Below, piece by piece: positions 13,501 to 28,500 of a stretch of 64,000 bases of DNA. The notes under the pieces are model-generated. The model saw only the letters and a program-made list of their open reading frames with translations, did not search any database and was not told where the DNA came from. Each line of letters starts with the position of its first letter. Position 1 is the first letter of the stretch. A program made the position numbers and the translations under genes. The DNA comes from Tubiluchus corallicola (lineage: Eukaryota > Animalia > Priapulida): assembly GCA_030141605.1 (NCBI GenBank), contig JAQGDQ010000381.1:38692-102691 (forward strand), in the 5' to 3' direction.

Positions 13501-16500
13501 GCATCCACAACGATGACGGGTCTGAAAAACACGCGCAAGTCACTCTTGAAATGTGTACAATAAGAAAACTTAATAGCGAGTACTTACTCATAGTAATGGT
13601 CGTCAGATGCCCATAATTCATAGACAGAAATGAGATTGCTGTTTTGGTAACTTCTCACAGTAATGCTGAAATGCAAAAGCATTATTCCTGTAGTATTGAA
13701 AAACGGCTAGAATTAGGAATTTCTGTTACAGTGGTAGTATGGTAAAGCATTTTCTTTTCTAGCAGTGTAATTTTTTACATAGCAGTACTAGAGTGATGAA
13801 ATCGTATGAATGCTTCTCAGGTTACACGGACTACTTCTTGCATAATCCCTTTTCCATTCACATTGTTTATCAGAGAATACGTTTTCATTATTATATATGT
13901 GTCATTATATATATGCTTGAATAGAAAATGATCCACAAGTTGGTTATGTGAACTTTTTTAGTTGTTCACATATCCTGAATCTCCATTTCATGAGGATCAT
14001 TTTGATACCAAGTTCATCGCTCTATGTTATTTCTAAGCTGAGATAATCCGCGTTGAAGTTGAGGTGCAGGCTGCACATTGGAAAACATAATCTTGAGAAA
14101 ATTCCTGCTAAAATTAGCCATTGTTTTTTATCGCATTTCTACAAAACACTTAGCAAGTGCACAAATGTTGGTTGCTATGGACTTGGCAAGAACACATTTA
14201 AGTTACATTTAAATCAGGTAGATGACTCTTCGTGACAAAGATCTCGGTTTGGCAACAGAAAAAACCCGAAGCAAAATGACAGCTTCCACAAGTTACTCTC
14301 ACAGTTTAAAAATACAAGTTTTTTTATAATTGCAGTGCGAGTTTCTAGACAGGAAAGTGGGTACGTGGTTATATAATTAGGTTTTTAGTATTTTTTGAAC
14401 ATTTTCTTTACAATTTTGTACTAGAATGTAAAAGTCCAATGTGTTTAACGTTTCCTTTTGTTAAAAAACAAAAAAAATTGACATTTGACTAAATTTTTGA
14501 AGCATTCTACTTTGAAGCATCATAATGTAGTTTTAACTATGCTGACTTACATATGGTTTTGCTACTCGAGCACACAAATGGAGTTTTGACGTTTTGCTGA
14601 CTGCTAGCAACGTTATGCTATAAGAAACCGGTTCCTTGGTACCGATAATTTATTGGTCAGCTCTGCATCTGACGCACAGCATATCTGACCAACACAACAA
14701 CATTAAAATGACCACCCTCCGGTGCCTGCTTAGCATTCAATAACAAAGACCCTCCACTATTAATGTCAGCCACTGATAATCAATAATGCTTGAACTTTTC
14801 AGATAGTGTTTCACTAACATAACAATATGACCTCTCTGTTAACTTTCTTTAATGATTCATGCAATATCTACACACTTACTGCCTGCAGTTTTTATTGGCA
14901 GATGTTCCGATGACATAAGTGCGAAGACGTTCCTTAAAATCCGTTCTGGAAGCTTCGTTGACGTCAAACTTCCTGTTAACGAGCAGCAAGTTATCCTCAC
15001 TTGTGATGTCTAATACTTCATCTTTGATGTTACTCATCTTCACCTGTTAATGAAAGGAGAACCTTTATGTAATTATACGCTCTCTGACGCACGGGGAAAT
15101 GCACTGTGGACTGTGCAGTGCAATCACAATGCAGCAAAGTTGCAGCACCATGTACCGTTACTTAAAAATAAATCTTAATAAATATAGAATCACATTTATA
15201 CCGAGGCATTTGTATTAACACTCTGTTTTCTCAACATTTTCTATTATAATTACAGTAAGTCCTCCCTTTAATGACTCTCCACTTAGCGACGTTTCATTTT
15301 AACCACTCTTGAGCATTTGACACCTTTTCCTCACTTAATGACGCGTGTTTCATTTCAAAGACGTTTTTTACTTTGCTCAAAGTCATTTTTTATTTGATCA
15401 ACAAATTGTTTACCATATTTCAAGCATTAAAACTGTATATACTGCATTAGTCTATTCTAAAAATTCACTAGTAATCTAAAACAGTACAATTATAATGTTT
15501 TTCTTCCCGACTGACCAGTAAATGCCGTTTCTATCGATCTATTCGCGATTTATGCGCCTCCAGGCTGCTGAATGCAAAGTTTACATGAAGGAATTTTGCC
15601 TGCAACCTGTTGCTATAGCAACCAGGCTGAGTATCTAGATGAAATTGTCTCACAGTCGCCGTAGGGCTTGGCTTTCACTATGCAGTGTTTAATCGCTAAA
15701 TATTGGTAAAGAAAGGGCGGCGGTTTCAAGCAGAAATACGAGTTAACACATAAAATGTTTAACTTGTATGTTTAAAGCAGCATTGATCTTTGCCTCTTGG
15801 AATCTATCTCAATTCTTTTTCATTATTGAAAAAGAAGTCTTGGCTTCGTTTAATGATGTTTTGCTTAACGTTGTGCGTCTTGGCTTCGTTTAACGATGTT
15901 TTGCTTAACGTTGTGCGTCTTGGCTTCGTTTAACGATGTTTTGCTTAACGTTGTGCGTCTTGGCTTCGTTTAACGATGTTTTGCTTAACGTTGTGCGTCT
16001 TGGCTTCGTTTAACGATGTTCTGCTTAACGTTGTGAGTCTTGGCTTCGTTTAACGATGTTCTGCTTAACGTTGCGCGTCTTGGCTTCGTTTAACGATGTT
16101 TTGCTTAACATTGCGCGTCTTGGCTTCGTTTAACGATGTTCTGCTTAACGTTGTGCGTCTTGGCTTCGTTTAACGATGTTTTGCTTAACGTTGTGCGTCT
16201 TGGCTTCGTTTAACGATGTTTTGCTTAACGTTGTGTTTTGACCGCAAAAGCGTCGTTGGGCGAGAACTTATTACAATTACTAACTGTCAACTACTTCGTA
16301 AAATCACATAATAAAAGAACTATCATATCAGTTTATTATTGTTGTAGATTTTTAGATTCTAACGTCTGTAAATAACGTCATCTTTAGATGTAGATAAATT
16401 AAATAAAAACCAAAATTTCTTTACTGTGTAGAGAAAGAGATCGTAACCCAACTGACTTATCTCTACATGAACAGACTATTATTTCAGCTAAGAGATCGTA

Positions 16501-19500
16501 ACCCAACTGACTTATCTCTACATGAACAGGCTGTTATTTCAGCTAAGAGATCGTAACCCAACTGACTTATCTCTACATGAACAGACTGTTATTTCAGCTA
16601 AGAGATCGTAACCCAACTGACTTATCTCTACATGAACACACTGTTATTTCAGCTACATTGAAGCCAAACCATAAAAGAGGGATTCTAATATTTCTACAAT
16701 TATTATGCATTGGCATCGTAACTGCGGTTTACATGAACAAGATCAAATCAGTAGTAAAGGATGAACATGAGTGAATAAAAATCATTAAACATTAAATTAC
16801 TCTACCTGATTCTGCAGTTTATCAACAAGAGTTTGCAGTCTGTCAATCTGTAACTTGAGGTCACTGGTGACCGGTGAAGGAAAGGAAAACGGGCTGCTCA
16901 TTACTGCTGTAATTTAATAGTAATCATTTTGTTTATTAACTGGTTTGATAATCATTAGAATAACGAGCACAGTGCTCTTGATATACAGACAACCTTGACT
17001 TTTTACAATCATTCTGAGTCGATAGTTTAAACACTTACAATCATTCTGATTCGATAGTTTAAACACTTACAATCATTCTGATTCAATAGTTCATACACTT
17101 ACAATCATTCTTTTTCGATAGTTCATACACTTACAATCATTCTTTTTTGATAGTTTAAACACATACAATCATTCTGATTCGATAGTTTAAACACTTACAA
17201 TCATTCTGATTCGATAGTTTAAACACTTACAATCATTCTGATTCGATAGTTTTAACACTTACCATCATTCTGATTCGATAGTTTAAACACTTACAATCAT
17301 TCTGATTCGATAGTTCATACACTTACAATCATTCTTATTTGATAGTTTAAACACTTACAATCATTCTTATTCGATAGTTTAAACACTTACAATCATTCTT
17401 ATTCGATAGTTTAAACACTTACAATCATTTTTATTCGATAGTTTAAACACTTACAATCATTCTTATTCGATAGTTTAAACACTTACAATCATTCTGACTG
17501 GACTGGCTGTTTAGCAAAGCTCTTTTTTCTCTCCGTTTTGTACGTCCAGGAGTAACGCGTCCCGGGGTAGCATCTCCTGATGGAGGCACTGGAGGTATTT
17601 CAACTTTTAGAGGAGGCCTACAAAAAAGCAGATGTTTAAACATTCAATTAAGTCAGTTATCTAGAATTCACTGTGAAATCAGTGAATTCCATCTGTGTAC
17701 TAAGAAATCAAGATTACTTTAGAAATAAACAAGTCATGACACAATACAGTGGCAAATTTATTATTAAACTGATTAAACTTTAAAGAGGCATTTACTTTAA
17801 AAAGTCGTTTTTCCCTGCAATTTCACAGGCTAAATATTAGGAGTATTTTTTGTTTGAACAGGTATAAAATAAGGAAATGAAATCATTTGTATCATTCTAA
17901 AATAAATGCTGCATGCTTAAGTCCACGTAGTCACTGTTTAGGATGGTTATTACTGATCATCAATCAGTAACAACACAGGCAGATGACAGTTACATAAAAA
18001 TTCGATGGCGTGTTCATGTTTAGAGGTTTATGAAATGATCGTGCACCTGCAAAATATTTGCAATAATTCTCTTACATTTGTCGCAAAGTTCGTCTCATAA
18101 TTACTTCGCGTTGATTAATTTGACTTTTAAATATTACATTGTGTCTTCTTGCTCATCTCTTTCTCTAGACTTGTTGTAACATTGAAATAGCTTAAATTTC
18201 CCTCTAATCTTACCATACTTATTTGCTTCTGAATGACCTTTTACATTAATAGTGTTCTAGTTTTCTGTATTTAAGCTGTGTAAGACAGGTCTACCTTGAA
18301 CATTTAGCCAGGCTAATTGTTCCGCTGTGTTTTAGCATAGTGGTATTTTAGTATTGATATAATTATGTTATTTGATTCTGTGATTGTACCTGCTTGTATA
18401 GTTATTATAATATAATTCCTCGTGACTTGTTACTGATTGTGTTGTTTGATTCTTTGATTGTAAAAGCTAACAGGCTTAATAGTTGTGGGCAAAGTTCAAT
18501 TCAGTAACAGCTCTCCCACCTATTTCATTGCCCACATGTTTGGCTTGCTGTAGATGAATGTAAGAACATATGATATTATTATATAGGACACACAGTACAG
18601 TAAACTCCGCTTAACTCAAAATTAAACGAAGAAACTTTGAGTTAGGCGATGTTGACCATTTTCCAGCATAGAAACTCTGAACCCTTTCCAGGCAGCAAGC
18701 TAAATAGAAGGCAGAAAGTCAACCCTTCCATACATAAGTGACAAGATTTGATGATAATTACATAAAGAATAACAAATTATGTTGTGAAACATGATTTTTT
18801 ATGTTACAAAAGGGCATGTACACAACACGAAGAGACCAATCCCGGAGAAAATAATTGGGAGGCGCAACTTGTAAGAAATCAGAATTTTCCTGGAAGACGA
18901 TACTGTTTTCGAGTTGTACGAAACTTTTTTATTTATCTAGAGTATAAATTGTATTTTTGAGTTAGGCAAAGTAAATTTCAAGTATTTTGATTAAATGGAC
19001 CATAATTTTTTTATTTGAGTTAGACAGAATTTTGAGTTAAGCGATATTTTTCTGTGGGAAAAACAAAGGATTTTATCAATTTTTCCTGAAATTCTTTTAG
19101 TTAGGTGGAGTTTACTGTATAATAATCTTTAAAATAAAAAAAGAACTACATTCATTTTTTTATTGAAGTAGACATTAATGAAATGTTTCAAAGCTATGCT
19201 TGCCTCATATTGAGTTGCTCAACGATTAGCTCATAACCCAAAGTGTGATGCAAAATCTCAACTTATATATCATAAATAAAATTGTTTGACTTGAATTATT
19301 CAACTTCATACTTGGGGTAATGAGCTAGGTTTTGAGCACTGAATTGAGATAATCATAGCCTCGAAAGGTTCTGCTAATGTCTATTTCAATAAAGTAATGA
19401 ATATGGTCTTTTTTGGCGATTTTATTTACAGTAAAAGTTAGATTACCATAACATAACGCACACATACATGCACACACATAAAAAGTTTATAAAGCCACTT

Positions 19501-22500
19501 TATTGAAGAGGCAGCATTGCTAGAGGGGCTTAACCGAGGTGGGCCTTTAGTTGTTGAAGCAGTTTGACCTCAGTCTAGGGGTCTAGATGGTTATTAATTT
19601 GCTACACCATTTTTCTCTAACAGTGCTGTACACTTTATAGTAATGATGCTTTTTCAACTTTCTACATTTTGCAATACCGTTTCCGTCTAGTTTCTTCATC
19701 CAGATGCTCCAAAGCCGCATCAAGAGGTTGAAGCATTCCAGCCAGTTGGTAATGCGATTCTTTTAACAAGAACCGCGTGATGAACTGACTCATGGCTGGA
19801 GCAGCAGTGTAGCTCTAAAAGTATACCGACAGTGATAAAATAAAGTTCAGTAAAAATTAATGTCCATTTAAAGTACAACAACTATTAAGAAGTTCAAGCT
19901 AAGGTGGTTTAAACACATTTTGATACATGAACATCGCCCACTAATAACAAAAGCACCCCGATGACTACATCAAATAAAAGTGCTTGGCAACACGTTCCTG
20001 TTTGTCACCCACTCTTTTAACAGAACGTATGAAGCTCAACTTCAAAGCCAAATGCATAAAATTCTCCTTGTCCTGTACGATCATGGTATTAAACTTATGA
20101 AAGAAAGACCTGTTCAAAGACAATCCCAATCTTTCATCACAACTGTTTCACCTTTCTTGACTTCTAGTTTTTTTCAATTTTTGTTTTAAAAGTTTAATAA
20201 CTGTGTCTAATAATCTTAAAATTAAGATTTAATTCAATAATTAGTTACCCAATAATTATTCTAAACTCTAAATTAATTATAAATATTAATCTAATTAGAT
20301 ATTTTTTAGTTTAGTATCAGTAGTTTCCATTCAATTCAGGTTTATTTGCACAATTTTAACTATGTAGCATGGCAAAAAAATCAAATTACAAAAACACAAA
20401 GAGAAAATACAACAAATACAAGTATGTAATATGGCAAAAACGCTAATAACTAGCACAAGTATTATAATAAAATGCTATTTTACTGACAAATTAGAAAATT
20501 TGACATACATCTACACAAGTCAGATTTTTAAATTCAATTCAATTGGCACCTTAATTATATTAATACTTGGAAACACTGGTTGGGTTAGTGAACTTACTAA
20601 GATCTGCTGTGATTGCAAGGGACTGCGCGATCTAACTGTCACAGAATTGAACATCTTATTTAATGGCATGTCCCCCTGGTTCAAATCTACACAACTTTTT
20701 AGTATTTCCGAAGTTCAAGCAACTGATTTTTTGTGGCACGTTACAAAGTTACAATTAAAAATTCAACGATTCTTACCTTTGAAATGAGTTCCAATGCATT
20801 AGTGATGGTTTTGTTAATTTGTTCAATATCAGCAAACACATCGCTGAAGTTGCCCAAATGCTTGGCAAAGAAACAATGAAGTTCTCCAGTATCTATCATA
20901 CTATAAAACAAAGGCTGATTATAAAATTTTAAAATTTAATGGCGGGTGCAATTATAATAAGCCTATATGTAATGGTTACGGATTATTAGAACAAAGTTGA
21001 AAAGTATTAAAATATATAACATAACTATTTTTATCATTGTTTAGCAGTGCGAAGAATACGTTGTAATAGGGACAGATTTAAGAGTGAAAAATACTATCAC
21101 GCAACGAAACATTGTTGTGCCAGTAGTTTTTATCATGATATTTACGCACTGTACCCGTATACTTTGATCATATTATAGACCCAGTCATAACATCTAGATT
21201 ATGGCGCAATTAGCTCTCCATAGTAGAAACTTTGCGTGCAGGTTAAGCGCCATCTATGTTTCACCTCCACGTGTTCGTTGAGCAAGTTTTTGGCAACCTA
21301 ATTTTTACGGTTTTTATCAAAAATTCTAAATTTGTAAATTAATCGTTAGGGTAAGTAAAGTTGGCACGTCGACTTTTGCCTTAGGAATTACAGCAGTTTT
21401 ATTGTACAATAAAATTACGGGCAGTTAAGAACAAGATGGCGGTTTCAACCGACTAGTTACTTAATTATAATTAATTATTAGAACAAAGCTCAACCTCCTG
21501 TTCCTTATGTTAATGAACGTTACCGCATATTATATGGAGCAAACTTACGAAGTTGCGATCATTGTAGCTATTTATAAAATTAAGTTTTAATAAACTTTCA
21601 CCTTAAGAAGTACTGGTATGTCACTAGTACTAGTAGTTCCACTAGCCGTTGTTTACCTAGGACAATATTAAACATGTTTTAAATATTGGAGCTACAGAAG
21701 ACGGACCTTTCAAGTTTAATTTGCAGTATGGTGTAAATAATAACTGGGATTTATTATGACTATTATCGTGGGCAAGATGGATTTATCATAGCGAACATTT
21801 TGCTTTATTTTTCTCATTAACATTATATTTATAGTCGTTTTTGTACAATTTGTTGGTATACTGTACCATTGCACCTGAATTTTACACAAAGTACATTATG
21901 AAAAATATATTTGAAATGCATTGTTCATATTCTACTTGATTTCTTTGTTAGTTACATTTTATTTTAATCGGAGATGTCACAATTTTTGTTGGTTATTTTG
22001 TGATGTATTCCAGTCAGGAATATTACCAAAACTGAATTTACAAACAGAAACGAAAATTTATGAAACATGGGAAACTGATACCGAACCCAACCAAATTTTT
22101 TTGCTGTAATGCAAAATTACGAATGAAAAATTCTAATACAAAAAGGACAAAGAAATTTTATAATAAAGAACTTCAAATTTGATGGCGTGGCTTACCTTAG
22201 AAAATGTGTTATAATATTTTTGGATTTAAGTATCCTTAATGATTAAGGTTTAAAGATCACAATGCTTCATTAAAATTAAAGAAATCTTACTTTTGTAGAT
22301 ATTTTTGTTTCCTATATTTCATAAATGATAAAATTAAACTTGATTTTGCTCAAGTAGATTCAAACGTGGTTTAATATTTCGGTTGATTGGGTTTGGAGAC
22401 CCTAAAACCTCACAGTCGTAAGTGCTGAAGATATGCCGCATTGCTGGTAAAAGTACGTCACAAACTGTTATGTGAATGAAATTTTTGCTATATTTGAACT

Positions 22501-25500
22501 AATTTAGCCACGATTTTTCCGCGGTTTTGGACATCTAGGAGAAAAGAAAGGTAAATTAGATAAATACTAACACAATCCAGAAAATTGCTACCGAAAATTA
22601 ATCCAAACTTTCGGCTACGAAATTCAATAGATTTCGCCGAGACCGAAACTTCACCGAAAGCGCAGTTATTGGTAAACCGTAACGAAAATTTCATTTTGGT
22701 AACATCCCTGATTGCAATGGATTGAACACAGAAGTAATGTATGTAAAAGTTAAATAAAATTCACAGTGGGATATGGTGTCAAAAATTTGAAGAGCAATGG
22801 TTATTTACCATGAAAAACATGAACAGAAATTCATATAATGAAAAAAGATAGATATCTGAAAATAGCACTAATAGTAAACATATTATAAACTATTTTCTGA
22901 TAATCGAGGGCTTTCGGTAGGAAATATGTGGTGAATTGTTTTATAAAAGTTGTTATAACAAAAAATCAAAAACTAGTTAAGAATTGACAACACGTTAGAA
23001 ATCAAATAGCAGTTCATGTATAACTAATTTAGTTAAGTTCGTATGTCTTTCAAAAGCAACTAATGAAATGCAATTAAATGACAATATGAATTTCATAGAG
23101 ACACCGCATCAAGAAATCATGCATATAGTTTCAGTCACTCAGGGCTGTTTCCCTATTTAATGGCATCTAGCACAAAATCCTAAATTAAATGGAACTGAAT
23201 CCACCGGCCACAAATAAACCCTGCAGAGTTGTAGTTGCTTACCTTTAGACTGGTATAACAATAAAGTAAATCGAAGCATAAAGTTTTATCAGTAAATATA
23301 CTGTTTCGTTTTTATGTCTTAGGAATAAACATGGCTAGATTAGTGTTTCGTTCGAAAATACTTGCACTTCGGTCTGCAGCAGCTTATAGAATCACTCCTG
23401 TTGCAACTTACTATCAGGGAAGAGAAAAGGTCGGGAATCGTGATATCGTTGGGTTTGGTATGAACGGGGAACCAAGTTACATGGACAGACCTGACTTCCC
23501 GTGTTCGGCAGTGCGATTTATGGAAAACACACCGGATGTGCTTGCTCTGAGAGAAAAGGAGAAATCCGATTGGAAGACTCTCAGTCTGGATGAGAAAAAG
23601 GCTTTGTACAGGGCATCCTTTTGTTCAACATTTGCTGAGATGGAGTCATTAAACAAAGGAGAATGGAAGTCCGTACTAGCCGGAGTGCTTACGGCAATAT
23701 CCATCGCACTGTGGATGATCGTTGCATTGAAAAAATTTGTCTACGAAGACCTGCCAAAAACCTTTAATGCGGAATGGCAAGAAGCTATGTTGAAGCGTAT
23801 GATTGATCAGCAACAAGGTGTGGTACAAGGCGTCTCCAGCAAGTGGGATTATGAGAAGAGAGAATGGAAGTGAAGTGTAGCACAATTAACGACGAAGCAG
23901 CTCTATAATTAAATGTGCCGTACCTCACAAAGGCATTACTTCGTAATATCCAATGTTTGTATTCCGGTTAAATTGTTTTGTTTTAGCTTATTTATCTTGA
24001 ACGTGCGGATATGCAAAGTTAATGTTATATATCCTACCTCACATCATCTGTGTTAATTGTTCAGTTTGTAATCAGTTCCTTTTTTCGTTCAACGGTATAT
24101 TTCAGGATTATTATCGACTCTCGTGTTCTACCTCAATTACTCAGGTTGTTTGACTTCTTTGCTTGTTTGGCATTCTTTTGAAATTTGCAAGTAAGTAAAC
24201 TGTCGTTAAATACAGCTATGCTTCACATTTTGCATATTATAGCTGAAGCCGAAACGTCCATTACGCCAGATTTCTTCACAGAGTCGGCAGAGCACTCATC
24301 TCACTTCGCAACTCAAATATTAGTCGGTGTCGCCATATACTTGCATAGGAATTCATCGCAGTATTAACAGTCAATAATGTTGGCTCATATGAAAGAAAAG
24401 TTTTCCCCTAGTTTATGGTTTATATTTCCCTATAATATTTCTTTTTATTAAATTCGGCACAATATTTTGTTAACGACTAGTATTAACTATTAACAACTAG
24501 TTATTTTGTGAATTGTAGCTTCTATATTCCTGGTTTTTCGAGTTTTTAGTCACAATTCCAAAAATTTGTTTGAAGCGAGAAAATGGGTTCGTTGTCATTG
24601 AAACGAATCATTAAACGGTGCTCCATTACACTAGGACTTACTGTATTCCTTTTTTAACTGGTGCGTTTATGATTGTATATTCAGAGGTTACTTCAGTGAC
24701 TGCATAATAACCGGGTGTGTTTCAGGTATGTCAGTATTCTCTGTTACTCGGGGTTGTACAGTCTACTCCCGGTAATACGATTTTCAAGCGACCAAAACAT
24801 TTTTTTGATATAACCGTGTTTCGTACTATCTATTATGCACATGAATGCTAACACATAAACATGTAGTAATGTAAAATAACAATTAAGTGATGTCAGTCTC
24901 TACATCCATTTCCTTTTGATTAGTGAACATAATTTAAGCTTGTTTAACCCCCGTTTCTCACAAATACAAAGTATAAAATCATTGCTGGACATTCTAGAAG
25001 CAAGCCTGTAGTAAGAGGGTTAGTGGCGCAAGAGTCTGCAGTATGTTATTTTTTGCTGCTTTGCTATTATAATTGGGTACCTGGAAATGAGGTCTGGCTG
25101 TCTACAGATAGTAAGACAGGCAGCAGTAAATGTGTTGTGATTTAAACTATAATGGCAATTTTTATCAGATTAGGAAACTACAGACTTTCGAGAATCATCA
25201 AGCTGACTGTTTACACCTGACACTTAAATCTCTGTAGCTGACTGATTAAACCAACAGCATGACTAGTTATTATACTGCTCGTGCATATGTTATGTAGTGA
25301 CGCATAATGATTTCTAAAAACTATCAATTAGGTTATGGTCTGGATGAACAGTGTCTAGACAGCGGGGTGCAGAAGTCGTGTACAAATGTGTTTTTATTAC
25401 AAATTCATGTCGGTGCAGCTTTGGAAAACATCATACAAAACGGTGTTTCGTAGTAACTAGTAACCATACACGGTTACACAAAATTCATTATAGCCTTGGC

Positions 25501-28500
25501 TTGGTCGTAATAGAATCTTCGTACTACAGAGAGTTTCATGAAAAGCCGAATTGTATTACCGCTTTCATGTCGGCGCAGCTTTGGAAAACATCATACAAAA
25601 TGGTGTTTCGTAGTAACTAGTAACCATACACGGTTACACAAAATTCATTATAGCCTTGGCTTGGTCGTAATAGAATCTTCGTACTACAGAGAGTTTCATG
25701 AAAAGCCGAATTGTATTACCGGGATGGGATTGTATATTCAGCGGTTTTGACTAAATTATAAAGAGGATTTTAAACAAAATGTGAAAGTTAACACAGGGAA
25801 TAGGTAACATATAACAGATCTGTTTATTTGTCATGTTAATTATTCATCATCAAGTTTAAAACAACATATACTATTTAAAACGTGGAAACCTTTTGGAATT
25901 TCATTAATTTTGGATCAATAATTCTAGAATCTGCCTCACAAGTGTTGACTGGTATAAATGACATAAATTTAGTCATTACTTTACATATCAGTTTAGAAAA
26001 AATGTATTACTAACATTTCTGTGTAGTTTTATTGATTTTTTCTTGTGTAAATACCTTTGTAAGTTTACGCCAGATGGTGAATAAAGACTATAGTCAAACA
26101 TTATAAATGAACAGACGTTATTTGCTCACGTATTCATTACATTCAGGGATAATATATTGTTCTAATGTGCATTTCAGGGAGTTTTTCAAATTTGTAATAT
26201 GTCAGGGATATTATTGGCCTACATTTTACAAGCTTAGAAGTAGATTGTACATCTCTAAGTAGACATGCTTTAGCTTTTATTTTTCTGTTTTTATGATATC
26301 GGACGTGGTGTTACTTTTTATTCTGAAACACTTTTCTCAAAATACTCAGAACGTTTAATAGAAAACATTGAATTTAGTTTTACTTTGGTTAGTTATACTC
26401 TTTTGCAGTTTTGTATGTTAGTTAAACTGTATTAGCAAAATATTTTTCTAGTTTCCAGTTTGATACATAATTTTAACTACCTCGCTTTACATTGTAATGA
26501 CCATGTAAAGGTTCACTGTATCCACCAGAATTTAAACTGTTCATTGTTTAGAGCCTTCTAAAATAAAAGAACTAAGATATACTTTATACGTTTTGGACCT
26601 TTGTTTTTATGATGTTATTTTGAACTATTATTTGATGAATATGTATTAACAATAGTGATAGTAACAGCATTACATGGTTACATGGAAAAATCAATAGTTA
26701 ACTAAAGCAGAAATAAGGCAAACAGAAAACTTGTAAAATTAGGTTACATCTGCCTCTGTACCCTACAATGATGGAAAATGATCAATATGTGTATCAACAT
26801 GTGCATCAATATATCCATCAATATATGTATCAATCTGCATAAATAAGTGCATCATTATGTGCACCAATATGTGCATCAATATATGCATCAATATGTGCAT
26901 CAATATATGCATCAATACGTGCATCAATATGTGGATCAATATGTGGATCAATATATACATCAATATGTGCATCAGTGTGCATCAATATATGCATCAATGT
27001 GGATCAATATGTGTATCAATGTGCATCAATATTTTGGGATTTTCCTCTAGTAGCGGATTAGCCTTGATAATTAGTTATTTTCACTCCACTGCCCACCACA
27101 ACCATCTACATCATGCATGTTTCTAACAACGTATTATACTGTGTAAAGCAAATCAGTCATTCAACCATGTATTCAGATTGTTCATTGGATCACTTCTATT
27201 CAAATATACATAAAAACTATAGGTAATTGACTCAAATAACTTCGCTTAATTGACTCAACATTTTTCCTTCACATACTTAAAATAAGACATTTATATTTGC
27301 CAAAACAGCCTTTCTGATTTGAATTCTGATTTCTGCCTTTCTGTCAACCAAAGGATGACAGCCTTTATGTCATCTCTACTTCCCTTTTCTGCATTATATA
27401 TGTAAAAACAGTCGTGTTAAGTAACGTTTTGTTTATAAACAGGTACGTTTATCATGCGCTAACACGCTAGGGTAGCAGTTTTGCTTTGTATCTGTTACCC
27501 GCTCGCCCACTGTTACTCAAAGAATTTCTGGAAGCTGAACATTTAATCACTTGTCTAGCCGTTTCCTTTTGATGCCCTAGTTGCAAATCATGCTTTCAGG
27601 CTTAATGAGTTAATAGTCAAAGATGCATGTACCGTAATCAGCCAGTATTCGTAAACATCGTACAGCAAATAAGAGCAATGTAAGTAAGCAGACGATTCAA
27701 AACTGTTTTAGTCACGCATAACAACTGATTTTCAACGTTTTTATAATTACGAGAACTTTGTGGGCCAACTTCTATGGAAGAAAATGAAGTAGCCAACCTT
27801 AAAGGAATTTTTGTAATATTTGCAAATAAACGGACTTAGAAAAAAGTCCGTGATTTAGAAAAGTATACTTTTTAACTTAATGCTAATTCACTTATATAAA
27901 TTAATATTTTAAATTTTTTTCTAATTTTTAACTGCATAAAGGAATTTAGGGACTAATTCGTTGTTAAAATTCATTAAAAACCATTGCAATGCATAGTAAG
28001 TTGATAACTCATATTTCTATACCTGTAATACTATACCATCAGTTAATTGGGTCAAAATACGTCGGTCCCAAAGTGAGTCTATCAAGTGGCAACTACTGTA
28101 CTATCATTTTTCTGTGCTGCTAAATGTAACAATCCATTTATTCGTATCTTTCTTAGTGGCCTGAAATAGCTTTTTGAAGGTTCAATAAAGAATTTCAATT
28201 GGATAATTAACCTCTTGGTAAAAAAAGCATAGTTTCTTTTTTGTAAGTCACTCCTACGGCAAAAATAGTTTGACCTTTCATCTCCCTATTTGCTGTTTGC
28301 TTGATGCACTGCCAACGCAGCAGTTAATTAGTCTGCTAGTAAGTACCTACTGTAGAAGTGCATAGCAGAAGATGGCAGTTAAATTATAAATTCTCTAACA
28401 GTGAATATCATATTACAAACAATGTCTGCATGCATATTCGTAGTGCACTAAATGAACTAAATATTAACAGCATGCATTTTCATCTATGTCATCAGTTGAA

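Noticed and set aside
21200-21660. Exon-like segments with AG/GT boundaries on the minus strand and a short [12 protein letters not shown] on the plus strand
   Set aside because: No recognisable protein similarity and not needed for the NECAB frame; could be UTR or promoter sequence.
26763-27126. His/Gln/Met-rich ORFs
   Set aside because: Translations of a 12-bp tandem repeat in several frames.
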